DNA of 64,000 nt from Burkholderiales bacterium (GTDB lineage Bacteria > Pseudomonadota > Gammaproteobacteria > Burkholderiales > Usitatibacteraceae), in the NCBI GenBank assembly GCA_017853245.1, contig JAFMJY010000001.1:1434-65433 (forward strand). Reading direction: 5' to 3'. Shown in pieces: positions 1 through 9,438 of this stretch. The notes under the pieces are model-generated. The model saw only the letters and a list, made by a program, of their open reading frames with translations. It searched no databases and had not been told where the DNA came from. Numbering within the stretch: the stretch's first letter is position 1; the number at the start of each line of letters is the position of its first letter. The position numbers and the translations under genes were made by a program.

Positions 1-210
1 CTTGCCGAACGACTCAGAAAGCTTCTTGCCGATCGCCCGCGCAAACGTATCGTTCGAGCCGCCCGGTGGCGACGTGACGACAAAGAGAATCGGCTTGCCC
101 GGGAATGCGGCGGCACCCTGCGCGAGTGCTGCGATAGGCCACCACGCAGCGATAGCGAGAACGAAAGCGAGGGCGTGGGTCGCGCGAAGCGGATGAAGGC
201 GTTGGGTCAT
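1..210 (-). CDS. Bug/TctC-family periplasmic substrate-binding protein, N-terminal 70 codons only (gene continues past the left edge)
   Basis: My own reverse-strand translation from ATG 210-208 gives MTQRLHPLRATHALAFVLAIAAWWPIAALAQGAAAFPGKPILFVVTSPPGGSNDTFARAIGKKLSESFGK. This is a signal peptide plus a PGGxxDxxAR motif, like the two complete Bug proteins in the window. It is missing from the ORF track because it is open at the edge. Confidence 0.8.
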   Translation of the reverse strand, partial: MTQRLHPLRATHALAFVLAIAAWWPIAALAQGAAAFPGKPILFVVTSPPGGSNDTFARAIGKKLSESFGK

Positions 211-334
211 CGTCGTAGTTCCCGAGCATGTTCTTGGGTAACCCGTATTTTGCCGCATGACCGAAGGGGCGAGCCTCGGAGTTATTATCCTCAGGGCGTC
301 CACATCGATCGGCGGGCTCTCCGCCTTCATCCCC

Positions 335-1525
335 ATGCCCCATTTGCCCGCCTCCCAGGCCCTCGCTCACATTCGCGTTGTCGACATGACGCAGGTTCGT
401 GCCGGGCCCACCGCTGCCCGGCAACTCGCCGATTGGGGCGCCGACGTGATCCAGGTTCAAATGCCCGAGCACATGCGCGGAGACGACACCCTCGGCGGGC
501 AGGACGGATCGGACTACCAGTACACGCATCGCAACAAGCGCTCGATCACGCTGGACCTCAAAAATCCCGAGGGCATTGCGGCGCTAAAGAAGCTCGCCAC
601 CACGGCCGACGTGCTGATCGAGAACTTTCGCCCGGACGTGAAAAGCCGCCTGGGGATCGACTACGAATCGCTCTGCAAGGACAACCCACGCCTGGTCTAC
701 GCGAGCATCTCCGGTTTCGGCCAGACGGGGCCGTACGCTACCCGCCCCGGTTTCGACCACATTGCCCAGGGCATGGGCGGCTTGATGTCGGTCACCGGAT
801 CCCCCGGCGAGGGCCCCATGCGGGTGGGAATCGCGATCGCCGACTTGACCGCCGGCATCTTCGCCGCCTACGGCATCACGGTCGCCCTCCTCGAGCGGGA
901 GCGCTCGGGACGCGGGCAATGGCTGCACACCTCGCTGCTGGAGGCCATGGTGTACATGATGGATTTCCAGACCGCGCGCTGGACTGTCGAGGGCGAGATC
1001 CCCAAGCAGGCGGGCAACTACCACCCCACCAGCATTCCGACTGGCGTCTACCGCACGAAAGATGGGCACATCAACATCGCGGTGTTCGGCTCGAAGATCT
1101 GGGAGCGCTTCTGCAATGCGCTGGGCGCCCCGGAGTGGGTGAACGACTCGCGCTATCACAACAAGTCCGCGCGTTCGGTGAATCGTGACTCGCTCAACGC
1201 CGCGATCGAGGAGCGCCTCGCCGCCCACGGCAGCGCCCACTGGATCGAGCTTTTCAACGGCCTCGGCGTGGCGTGTGGCCGAATCAACGACATGAAGCAG
1301 GTGTTCGAAGAGCCGCAGGTGCAGTACCTCGGCATGGTGAAGACTGTGGCCTCGAAGCACCACGGCGAACAAAAGCTGGTCGGCCAACCGGTGACGCTCG
1401 AGCGCACGCCCTCCACCATCGCCCGCGCGGCGCCGAAGCGGGGCGAGCACACGGAGGAAGTGCTCACCGAGATCGGCTACGATGCCGCGACCCTTGCGCG
1501 GCTCAAGTCCGCCGGAGTGTTCTGA
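335..1525 (+). CDS. Family III CoA-transferase (CaiB/BaiF type)
   Basis: ORF 257..1525. The pattern HIRVVDMTQVRAGPTAARQLADWGADVIQV and the ~396 aa length are typical of class III CoA-transferases. ATG 335 is preferred to ATG 257 because homologues start ~10-15 aa before the IRVxD strand; either start is possible. Confidence 0.85.
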   Translation: MPHLPASQALAHIRVVDMTQVRAGPTAARQLADWGADVIQVQMPEHMRGDDTLGGQDGSDYQYTHRNKRSITLDLKNPEGIAALKKLATTADVLIENFRPDVKSRLGIDYESLCKDNPRLVYASISGFGQTGPYATRPGFDHIAQGMGGLMSVTGSPGEGPMRVGIAIADLTAGIFAAYGITVALLERERSGRGQWLHTSLLEAMVYMMDFQTARWTVEGEIPKQAGNYHPTSIPTGVYRTKDGHINIAVFGSKIWERFCNALGAPEWVNDSRYHNKSARSVNRDSLNAAIEERLAAHGSAHWIELFNGLGVACGRINDMKQVFEEPQVQYLGMVKTVASKHHGEQKLVGQPVTLERTPSTIARAAPKRGEHTEEVLTEIGYDAATLARLKSAGVF

Positions 1526-2334
1526 TGAGTCATGCCGCCTTCATGTCCCCCACGGAGCGAGTCAAGGCCTGGCTCGACGGCCCGGCGCTGCACCTGCGCT
1601 TCAACAACCCCGCCAAGCACAACGCGCTTTCCGTCGACATGTGGGAGGCGGTGCCGAAGCTGCTCGCGCAGGCAGAGGCCGACGATCGCGTAAGACTCGT
1701 GGTCTTCTCTGGCGAAGGACCGAAAGCTTTCGTCTCGGGTGCCGACATTTCGCAGTTTGAGGACCATCGCGCAGCAAAGGAGGCGGTGAAGCGCTACGAG
1801 GCCATGGCCGAGGATGCGCTGATGGGCATTCATGATTTCTCGAAGCCCACCATCGCCGCGATCCACGGCTACTGCATCGGCGGTGGCGTGAACGTCGCGA
1901 TCAGCTGCGACATTCGGCTCGCGTCAGAGGACGCCGTGTTCAGCATCCCCGCCACGCGGCTGGGCCTGGGCTACCGGTTCTCGGCGCTCAAGAACCTGGT
2001 GGACTTGGTCGGCCCCGGGCGCGCCAAGGACCTCTTCTTCACGGCTCGCCGCATCAAGGCCGATGAAGCAGCGCAGATCGGCCTCATCAACCGTGTTGCG
2101 CCCGCCGATGGCCTCGAGGCGCTGGTGAAGGAATACGTCGACATGATCGCCACCGGCGCGCCGCTGACCATCAAGGCGGGCAAGCGCATCATCCGCGAGG
2201 TGCTGAAAGCCGATGCCGACATTGACATGGCGCTCTGCCGACAGCTGATCCTCGATTGCTTCGAGAGCGAGGATTACGCCGAGGGCCGCGCCGCCTTCAT
2301 GCAAAAGCGCAAGCCCGCGTTCCGCGGGAAATGA
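1525..2334 (+). CDS. Enoyl-CoA hydratase/isomerase (crotonase superfamily)
   Basis: Inside ORF 1273..2334. ATG 1525 shares one nt with the upstream stop (TGATG). Crotonase pattern: LRFNNPAKHNALS, VVFSGEGPKAFVSGADISQF, AAIHGYCIGGGVNVAISCDIRLA. Confidence 0.9.
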   Translation: MSHAAFMSPTERVKAWLDGPALHLRFNNPAKHNALSVDMWEAVPKLLAQAEADDRVRLVVFSGEGPKAFVSGADISQFEDHRAAKEAVKRYEAMAEDALMGIHDFSKPTIAAIHGYCIGGGVNVAISCDIRLASEDAVFSIPATRLGLGYRFSALKNLVDLVGPGRAKDLFFTARRIKADEAAQIGLINRVAPADGLEALVKEYVDMIATGAPLTIKAGKRIIREVLKADADIDMALCRQLILDCFESEDYAEGRAAFMQKRKPAFRGK

Positions 2335-2369
2335 GCCCAGTCCGCCCCACCCGCATTCAGGAGACGACC

Positions 2370-3323
2370 ATGATTCGCCGACTCGCCGCTCTGCTCGCTA
2401 CCCTCACCCTCGCCTCGCCAGCGCTCGCAGCCTGGCCCGAGCGCCCCGTGAAGATCCTCATCGGATACGCCGCAGGGGGGTCGACGGATGTGGTTGGCCG
2501 CCTGCTGGCACCGAAGCTTTCCGAGCGCCTCGGCCAGCCGGTGGTGATCGAGAACAAGCCTGGCGGCGCGGGCGACCTTGCAGCGGAAGTGATGCTGCAG
2601 GCGCCGGCCGATGGCTACACGCTGCTCATGTCGACGGTGGCGCTGCATGCCATCAACCCGGGCCTCTACAAGGCGCGGCGGTTCGACCCGGTGAACGACT
2701 TCGTGCCGATCGCGATGGTCGCGTCCTACCCGATGATCCTCATCGCTGCGCCGCAGACCACCTTCAAGACGCTGCCGGAGCTCAAGGCAGCCGCCGGCAA
2801 GGGCAATCTCTTCTACGCTTCCTCGGGCATCGGCTCGCCGGGGCACCTCGCGGGCGAGCTGCTCACCAAGGCGCTCGGTGCCAAGATCACGCACGTGCCC
2901 TACAAGGGCGGCTCGCCTTCCGTGGTGGCCGTGATGTCGGGCGAGGCGCAGATGTCCTTTGCCACGCTGCCGGCCGTCGTGCCGCAAATCCGCTCCGGGA
3001 AGGTTCGCGCCGTGGGCCTCGCGTCGAAGTCGCGCAACCCCGCCGTGCCCGATACGCCGACGTTGATCGAGATGGGCGCTGCCGATTTTGACGTGGGCAC
3101 CTGGACGGGCTTCGTCGGGCCCAAGGGCACGCCCGCCGAGGTGGTGCAGAAATTGAATGCAGCGGTGTCGGCAGTGCTCGCCGACCCCGCCATCCGCCAG
3201 CGCCTCATCGACGAGGGCGCCGAAATCCGCGCCATGACGCCGGCGGAGTTCGGCGCCTACATCAAGGCCGAGAACACGCGCTGGGTGAAGGTCGTGCGCG
3301 ACGCAGGCGTTCAGCCGCAGTGA
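2370..3323 (+). CDS. Bug/TctC-family tripartite tricarboxylate transporter substrate-binding protein
   Basis: ATG 2370 is preceded by GGAG. Signal peptide MIRRLAALLATLTLASPALA, then PVKILIGYAAGGSTDVVGRLLAPKL...VVIENKPGGAG. The upstream part of ORF 2256..3323 overlaps the crotonase gene. Confidence 0.9.
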   Translation: MIRRLAALLATLTLASPALAAWPERPVKILIGYAAGGSTDVVGRLLAPKLSERLGQPVVIENKPGGAGDLAAEVMLQAPADGYTLLMSTVALHAINPGLYKARRFDPVNDFVPIAMVASYPMILIAAPQTTFKTLPELKAAAGKGNLFYASSGIGSPGHLAGELLTKALGAKITHVPYKGGSPSVVAVMSGEAQMSFATLPAVVPQIRSGKVRAVGLASKSRNPAVPDTPTLIEMGAADFDVGTWTGFVGPKGTPAEVVQKLNAAVSAVLADPAIRQRLIDEGAEIRAMTPAEFGAYIKAENTRWVKVVRDAGVQPQ

Positions 3324-3348
3324 GCCACTGCGGGCAGCCTGACTTCCA

Positions 3349-5040
3349 ATGAGTTCCGGATTCTCAAAGGGCCTCACGAGCTACGGCGACACGGGCTTTT
3401 CGCTCTTCCTGCGCAAGGCCTTCATCAAGGGCGCGGGCTACACGGATGACGCGCTCGGCCGGCCCGTCATCGGCATCGCCAACACCGGTAGCGGCTTCAA
3501 CCCCTGCCACGGCAACGCGCCGCAGTTGATCGAGGCCATCCGGCGCGGCGTCATGCTCGCCGGCGGTTTGCCAGTCGAGTTCCCGACCATATCGCTGCAC
3601 GAGAGCTTCGCCAACCCCACAAGCATGTACCTCCGGAACCTGATGGCCATGGACACGGAGGAGATGATCCGCGCGCTGCCGGTGGACGCCGTAGTGCTGA
3701 TCGGCGGCTGCGACAAGACGGTGCCGGCGCAATTGATGGGGGCCGCCTCGGCGAACGTGCCGGTCGTTCAGCTGGTGACCGGCTCGATGCTCACCGGCTC
3801 GCATGACGGCAAGCGCGTCGGCGCCTGCAGCGACTGCCGGCGCTTCTGGGCGAGCTATCGCGCCGATGAGATCGACACCGACGAGATCACGCGCGTGAAC
3901 GACCAGCTGGTGGCGAGTGTGGGCACGTGCTCTGTGATGGGCACCGCGAGCACCATGGCGTGCGTGGCCGAGGCGTTGGGCATCGCGGTTCCGGGTAGCG
4001 CTTCGCCGCCCGCTGTCACCTCGGACCGCATGCGCGTGGCGGAGCGCTCGGGCGCCGTGGCGGTCGGGATCGCGAAATCGACGCTCACGCCGGCACAGAT
4101 CATCACGCCCAGCTCCATCGAGAACGCCCTGCGCGTGCTGCTCGCCATCGGGGGCTCGACCAATGGCGTGATTCACCTGACCGCCATCGCGGGCCGCCTG
4201 GGCATCCCCGTGCCGCTGGAGCTGGTCGACAGGCTCGGGCGCGATACGCCCGTGCTGGTGGACCTCAAGCCCTCGGGCCAGCATTACATGGAGGATTTCC
4301 ATCACGCTGGCGGCATGGCCACGCTGCTGCGCGAGCTCAAGCCCCTGCTCCGATTGGAGGCGATGACCGTCACCGGCCGCTCGCTGGGAGAGGAGATCGA
4401 GGCTTCCGGACCTGGCTTTGCGCAGGATGTGATCCGTTCGCGTGCAAACCCCATTCACCCGGAAGGCGGCATCGCGGTGCTGAAGGGCAACCTGGCGCCA
4501 GGCGGGGCGATCATCAAGCAGTCGGCAGCGTCGAAAGTCCTCATGCAGCACGAAGGCCGCGCGGTCGTGTTCGAGAACCTCGCCGACCTCGCCGAGCGCA
4601 TCGACCGCGACGACCTCGACGTGCAGGCGGACGACGTCCTCGTGCTTCGCAACATCGGCCCCAAGGGTGCGCCTGGCATGCCGGAGGCAGGCTTGATCCC
4701 CATCCCGCGCAAGCTCGCGCGCCAGGGCGTGAAGGACATGGTGCGCGTTTCCGACGGCCGAATGAGCGGCACAGCCTCGGGCACTATCGTGCTGCACGCC
4801 ACGCCGGAATCGGCGATCGGTGGCCCGCTCGCCTACGTGCGCACGGGCGATCGCATCAGGCTCGACGTCCCGGCGCGCGAACTGCGCCTGCTGGTGGAGG
4901 ACGCCGAGATGGCCCGCCGCGCCAAGGCGGCGCCGGTCGCGGAGCCATCAGCCGATCGCGGCTACCGGAAACTCTTCCTCGACACCGTCACCCAGGCGGA
5001 CCAAGGCGTGGACTTCGACTTTCTGCGCCGGACGCCTTAG
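3349..5040 (+). CDS. IlvD/Edd-family dehydratase (sugar-acid dehydratase-like; substrate not assignable)
   Basis: 563 aa. IlvD/Edd regions are present: IGGCDKTVPAQLMGA (Fe-S Cys) and TCSVMGTASTMA. It is shorter than canonical IlvD/Edd, closer to arabinonate/xylonate-type members. Confidence 0.88.
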   Translation: MSSGFSKGLTSYGDTGFSLFLRKAFIKGAGYTDDALGRPVIGIANTGSGFNPCHGNAPQLIEAIRRGVMLAGGLPVEFPTISLHESFANPTSMYLRNLMAMDTEEMIRALPVDAVVLIGGCDKTVPAQLMGAASANVPVVQLVTGSMLTGSHDGKRVGACSDCRRFWASYRADEIDTDEITRVNDQLVASVGTCSVMGTASTMACVAEALGIAVPGSASPPAVTSDRMRVAERSGAVAVGIAKSTLTPAQIITPSSIENALRVLLAIGGSTNGVIHLTAIAGRLGIPVPLELVDRLGRDTPVLVDLKPSGQHYMEDFHHAGGMATLLRELKPLLRLEAMTVTGRSLGEEIEASGPGFAQDVIRSRANPIHPEGGIAVLKGNLAPGGAIIKQSAASKVLMQHEGRAVVFENLADLAERIDRDDLDVQADDVLVLRNIGPKGAPGMPEAGLIPIPRKLARQGVKDMVRVSDGRMSGTASGTIVLHATPESAIGGPLAYVRTGDRIRLDVPARELRLLVEDAEMARRAKAAPVAEPSADRGYRKLFLDTVTQADQGVDFDFLRRTP

Positions 5041-6014
5041 TTCGCCTTGATGTCCGCTTCGCGGATCAGCTTGCCATAGCGCTCGTGCTCGAGCCGCACC
5101 AGGGCCGCCAGCTCCTGCGGTGAGGAAGGCGACACCACCGCCCCCAGGCTCACCAGCCGATCGCGCACCTCGGGGTCGGCCAGCGCCTTGTGCACTTCAG
5201 CACGCAACCGCTCGACCACGGCAGCCGGCGTGCCCTTCGGCGCGATGAAGGCGTGCCAGACGGACGCCTCGAAACCGGCGAACCCGGATTCGGCGATGGT
5301 CGGGGCATCCGGAAGCGTGGCGACCCGCTCGCTGCTCAACGCCGCGATCACCCGCAGCTTGCCGGCCTTCACGTGCGGCAACACCTCGATGGCGTTCACC
5401 GCCACCATCGGGAGCGACCCCCCAAGAACGTCGGAGATGGCAGGCGCGCCGCCCTTGTACGGCACGTGAGTGAGCGAGATACCAGCCGCGCGCGCGAAGA
5501 GCTCGACCGCCAGGTGTGGCGTGGAGCCGCTGCCGGGAGTGCCGTAAGCCACGCTCGCAGGCTTCGCCTTCGAGGCGTCCACCAAGCGCTTGATCGAAGT
5601 GAGGTCGGCGCTGGCCCCGGTTGCGATCACCACCGGCAGCCGCGCGACGAGCGAGATCGGCACCACGTCCGCGTTCGGGTCGAATGGCTGCTGCTTGTAG
5701 AGGAACGTGTTTGCCGCGAGCCCGTTGGCCACCAGCATGACGGTGTAGCCGTCCGGCGGGCTGTCGATCAGCTGCCGCAGCGCGATGTTGCTCGCCGCGC
5801 CAGGCTTGTTCTCGATCACCACCGACTGGCCGAGGCCAGCGGCCATCTTCGCGCCTACGGCCCGCGCGACGATGTCCATGGCCCCTCCCGGAGCGAAGCC
5901 AACGAGAATCTTCACCGGCTTGTTCGGGTACGCCTGGGCGAGTGCGGGGGGCGAGGCGAACGCCAGTACGGCGAGGGTGGCGCTGGCAAGCGCGACACGA
6001 AGGCTGAGCAGCAT
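5037..6014 (-). CDS. Bug/TctC-family substrate-binding protein
   Basis: ORF 5037..6029. ATG 6014 has a GGAGAA Shine-Dalgarno upstream. Signal peptide MLLSLRVALASATLAVLAFASPPALA, then PVKILVGFAPGGAMDIVARAVG...VVIENKPGAAS. Confidence 0.9.
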   Translation of the reverse strand: MLLSLRVALASATLAVLAFASPPALAQAYPNKPVKILVGFAPGGAMDIVARAVGAKMAAGLGQSVVIENKPGAASNIALRQLIDSPPDGYTVMLVANGLAANTFLYKQQPFDPNADVVPISLVARLPVVIATGASADLTSIKRLVDASKAKPASVAYGTPGSGSTPHLAVELFARAAGISLTHVPYKGGAPAISDVLGGSLPMVAVNAIEVLPHVKAGKLRVIAALSSERVATLPDAPTIAESGFAGFEASVWHAFIAPKGTPAAVVERLRAEVHKALADPEVRDRLVSLGAVVSPSSPQELAALVRLEHERYGKLIREADIKAN

Positions 6015-6047
6015 GGGAAAGTTCTCCACGAAACAGTTAGGAAAAAT

Positions 6048-7061
6048 TCAGGCCGGGATCTTCAGGCGCGGGTACACGCGCCGGGTGTTGCCCTCGAAGA
6101 TCTTGCGGCGGCTCTCGGCTGAAAGGCCGGGAGCCGCCTCGATATAGCGCCGCGTGTCGTCAAAGTAGAAGCCCGTCTCCGGGTCTACCCCCCGAACGGC
6201 ACCCACCATCTCGGAGGCGAACAGGATGTTGTCGATCGGCACGACCTTGAGCAGCAGGTCGATGCCCGGCTGGTGGTAGACGCACGTGTCGAAATAGACG
6301 TTCTTCAGCAGCAACTCCCCGAGCGGCGGGCGTTTCAGGTCCTGGGCGATCCCGCGATAGCGGCCCCAGTGGTAAGGCACCGCGCCACCGCCGTGCGGGA
6401 TCACGAAGCGAAGCGTCGGAAAATCCTTGAACAGGTCCGACGTGAGGAATTGCATGAAGGCCGTGGTGTCGCCATTGATGTAGTGCGCGCCCGTGGCGTG
6501 AAAGCACGGGTTGCAACTGGCGCTCACGTGCACCATGGCCGGCACGTCCAGCTCCACCATCTTTTCGTAGAGCGGGTACCAGAAGCGGTCCGTGAGCGGC
6601 GGGTCGCGCCAATGGCCGCCGGAAGGGTCCGGGTTCACGTTGCAGCCGACAAAGCCCAACTGCGCGACGCAACGCTCGAGCTCCGCAACACTCTGCGCGA
6701 CCGGCACCCCTGGTGCCTGGGGCAATTGGCAGACCGGCGCGAAATTGTTCGGATACAGCGAGCATACGCGGTGGATGACATCGTTGCAGGCGCGAGCCCA
6801 CTCGGCGTTGGCCTCCCCGGAGCCCACGTGATGCCCCATGGCCATGGCACGCGGCGAGAACAGGGTGAGATCCGTGCCCCGCTCTCTTTGCAGCCTGAGC
6901 TGGGCCCGCTCCAGCCCCTCGCGCAGCTCGTCGTCGCTGAACGCAAGCGCCGCGCGTGCAGGCAGTGCCTCGCCGCGCTCCAGCGCGCCCAGTTGCTTCG
7001 CGCGCCAGCCCTCGAGGCCCTTGGGCGCCGTCGTGTAGTGGCCGTGACAGTCGATGATCAT
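6048..7061 (-). CDS. Amidohydrolase-2 family hydratase/decarboxylase, LigJ (4-oxalomesaconate hydratase)-like
   Basis: The start MIIDCHGHYTTAP, plus DRFWYPLYEKMVELDVPAMVHV and VIPHGGGAVPYHWGRY, resemble LigJ as I remember it. ATG 7061 is chosen because the upstream part of ORF 6048..7205 overlaps the NnrU gene. Confidence 0.8.
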   Translation of the reverse strand: MIIDCHGHYTTAPKGLEGWRAKQLGALERGEALPARAALAFSDDELREGLERAQLRLQRERGTDLTLFSPRAMAMGHHVGSGEANAEWARACNDVIHRVCSLYPNNFAPVCQLPQAPGVPVAQSVAELERCVAQLGFVGCNVNPDPSGGHWRDPPLTDRFWYPLYEKMVELDVPAMVHVSASCNPCFHATGAHYINGDTTAFMQFLTSDLFKDFPTLRFVIPHGGGAVPYHWGRYRGIAQDLKRPPLGELLLKNVYFDTCVYHQPGIDLLLKVVPIDNILFASEMVGAVRGVDPETGFYFDDTRRYIEAAPGLSAESRRKIFEGNTRRVYPRLKIPA

Positions 7062-7071
7062 GCTGCAGTGG

Positions 7072-7650
7072 TCAGCCGAATGGCGCCACGCCGATCCAGG
7101 ACGCGTGCAACCGCTTTGCAAACGCCACGGTGACCGCCAGGCCGACGACCACGGCGATGATGTCGCGGGATGCCGCGACGGCGGGGTATTGGATGCCCGC
7201 CACACGGTCGCGCCTGCGGGCGGCGATGTAGACCAGCACGGCCCAAACTAGGAACGAACCAAACAGGACGATGTCCGCGAGCCTGCCGTTGGAAAGCAGG
7301 TGTGCGAACGCCCATACCTTGACGCTCATCGTCATCGGGTGCCCGACCCGCGCCTTGATGTGCGTTCCCGGCACGAAGGCGGCGGCGAGCAGGATGAATG
7401 CCAGCGCCATGAGGAGCGCAGCTAGATGTCGCGTCCAGGCGGGCGGCGACCACACCTCGATCGGCGCCTGGCGCGCCAGGCCGTAGCCCTGGACGATCAG
7501 CACCAGCCCGGCAATGGCGATCACGGAGTAAATCGTCTTCCACGCGCCGGGGCCAACGCGCTCCCGGGCAGAGGTGCGCCAGTCGTTGGCGACCACGCGA
7601 GTGAGATGGCTGCCGAGGAACAGCAAGAGGCCCGCGAGCAGGAGAGTCAT
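7072..7650 (-). CDS. NnrU-family membrane protein
   Basis: 192 aa with about five hydrophobic segments and NnrU-like sequence (HPMTMSVKVWAFAHLLSNG). The ATG overlaps the upstream stop (ATGA at 7647-7650). Confidence 0.7.
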   Translation of the reverse strand: MTLLLAGLLLFLGSHLTRVVANDWRTSARERVGPGAWKTIYSVIAIAGLVLIVQGYGLARQAPIEVWSPPAWTRHLAALLMALAFILLAAAFVPGTHIKARVGHPMTMSVKVWAFAHLLSNGRLADIVLFGSFLVWAVLVYIAARRRDRVAGIQYPAVAASRDIIAVVVGLAVTVAFAKRLHASWIGVAPFG

Positions 7651-8534
7651 GAAGTTGTCCTCGTCGATTGAAGGAACGCATCATAGTGCGCGATGAAGTC
7701 CTCCTGCGCCTCGAAATAGGGCAAGGCGCCGGTGGGGAACACCGTGAAGCGCCAGTTGCCCCGCGATTCATAGAGCGACTTCTGGCGATAGTCAGTGAAA
7801 TCGCCACGCACGCCGTGGCTCGCCCAGACCGGCATGGGCAGCTTGTCATAGACCGCATGAATGTCAGCGCTGAACAAATGCCCGGAAAGGAACCTCAGCG
7901 GCGCGAATTCCGCGCCGGGCTCCCGCGCGGTGAGGATGGCGTAGCGGGCCATCTCCTCGTCGATGGCGTCCCCACCCCAGGTGCGGCGCAGGAAATAGCG
8001 CACCACGCCGGGTTTGGTGAGGCCACGGAACAGCGCCCCGCCCCAGCCCGGGCCGCGAAGCACGGACTGGAACCAGCCCATCCCGAGCGTTGCCTCCGCC
8101 TCTGCACGAAGTGAACGACCGCCGCGCAGCCCCGTGGGGCTCACCAACGCAATCGACCGGAAGCGCTCGGGGCGCTCGGCTGCTGCCCGGGCGAGAAACT
8201 CGCTCCCCAAGGACACGGCGAGCGCATCCACCGGCGCGTCACCGTAGCGCTCGCGGATGAGGTCAAGCACGTCATGCAGCGCATCGGTCATCAGGCGCGG
8301 CGAATAGGGGCGATCGCTGCGCTCGGAGATGCCGAAGCCGGGCAAGTCCGGCGTGATCACAGAACGCTGCCGCGCGTAATGCTCATGCAGCGGGCGAACC
8401 TCCGCAGCAGACGCTGCGGCGTTGACGCTGTGCACGAGCAGAAGCGGCGGCCCCTCACCCGCCACGTAAATGCCGAGGCGACCGGCGCGACCGGCTCGCT
8501 GAACCCGCTCGCCGCTGACGGCAGCAGGCAGCAT
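7647..8534 (-). CDS. Alpha/beta-fold hydrolase
   Basis: Inside ORF 7647..8717. ATG 8534 lies 6 nt after the panC stop. Pattern: PPLLLVHSVNAAASAAE...PDLPGFGISE...ALAVSLGSEF (nucleophile elbow). Confidence 0.8.
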   Translation of the reverse strand: MLPAAVSGERVQRAGRAGRLGIYVAGEGPPLLLVHSVNAAASAAEVRPLHEHYARQRSVITPDLPGFGISERSDRPYSPRLMTDALHDVLDLIRERYGDAPVDALAVSLGSEFLARAAAERPERFRSIALVSPTGLRGGRSLRAEAEATLGMGWFQSVLRGPGWGGALFRGLTKPGVVRYFLRRTWGGDAIDEEMARYAILTAREPGAEFAPLRFLSGHLFSADIHAVYDKLPMPVWASHGVRGDFTDYRQKSLYESRGNWRFTVFPTGALPYFEAQEDFIAHYDAFLQSTRTTS

Positions 8535-8539
8535 GGGCG

Positions 8540-9409
8540 TCAGGCGATCGCCACGGCACCCGACCCGGAGGCCGCGGCCACGAGGGAGACCGAGAGGTTG
8601 TCGATGAGCCGCGTCTTGCCGAGCCACGCAGCCCCGAGCACAACCAGCTCTCGAGTCGTGGCGCCCACGGGGCCCAGGCCATCGGCATCCCGAGCAGCGA
8701 CGTAGTCGACCTTCCAACCCGCGCGGGAGAGCTCGTCGGCGGCGAGGGCGCAGCGCGAGTGGGCGTCGCGGGCTCCGGCCCGAATGCCATCGACCACGCT
8801 GCGAAGCGCGCGATTCAACCGCACCGCCTCGGCGCGCTCGGCTGGCGACAGATACCCGTTTCGAGACGACATGGCGAGGCCATCGGCCTCACGCACGGTA
8901 TCGATGCCGACGATCTCGATCGGGTAGTTGAGTTGTTTCACCAGCGCACGGATGACCTGCAGCTGCTGGTAATCCTTGCGCCCGAAGATGGCGACCTGCG
9001 GTGTGACAGCATTGAACAGCTTGGCCACTACCGTGACCACACCCTCGAAATGCCCCGGGCGGAAATCCCCGCACAGCTGGCGCGCCACCGCGGGCGCAGA
9101 GAGAACGATTTCCTGCTTCTGCGGATAGAGCTCCGATTCGGTCGGGCAGAACAGCACGTCGCATCCCGCCTCGGCGAGCATCGTCGCATCGCGCTCGAGG
9201 GTGCGCGGGTAGCGATCGAAGTCACCACCCGGCTCGAACTGCAAACGGTTGACGAAAACGGAAGCCACCACGCACTGGCCCCGCCGCCGGGCTTCGTGCA
9301 CCAGGGCAAGATGGCCCGCGTGCAGGTTTCCCATGGTCGGCACGAAGGCCACGGACTTCTCGCCGCCAAGCCTTTGGCGCAGGGCCGGGATTTGCTCGAT
9401 GGTGTCCAT
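8540..9409 (-). CDS. panC: Pantoate--beta-alanine ligase
   Basis: 289 aa. VAFVPTMGNLHAGHLALV (HIGH-type motif), FVNRLQF, FGRKDYQQL. Confidence 0.97.
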   Translation of the reverse strand: MDTIEQIPALRQRLGGEKSVAFVPTMGNLHAGHLALVHEARRRGQCVVASVFVNRLQFEPGGDFDRYPRTLERDATMLAEAGCDVLFCPTESELYPQKQEIVLSAPAVARQLCGDFRPGHFEGVVTVVAKLFNAVTPQVAIFGRKDYQQLQVIRALVKQLNYPIEIVGIDTVREADGLAMSSRNGYLSPAERAEAVRLNRALRSVVDGIRAGARDAHSRCALAADELSRAGWKVDYVAARDADGLGPVGATTRELVVLGAAWLGKTRLIDNLSVSLVAAASGSGAVAIA

Positions 9410-9438
9410 GAGGGAAACGCGGCGGCCCCGGGCCGCGC

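Noticed and set aside
3364-4797. 477-aa minus ORF inside the IlvD/Edd gene, with similar long antisense ORFs at 11520..12944, 13871..15304, 17168..18370, 50146..50976 and 57166..58596
   Set aside because: All are antisense to genes with strong family motifs and share the Arg/Ala/Gly/His-rich signature of non-coding frames in GC-rich DNA.
5037-5040. Overlapping convergent stop codons (TTAG) of the dehydratase and Bug genes, with similar CTAG/CTAA overlaps at 49885..49888 and 62400..62403
   Set aside because: They are real, but a common by-product of tight packing. No functional inference is justified.
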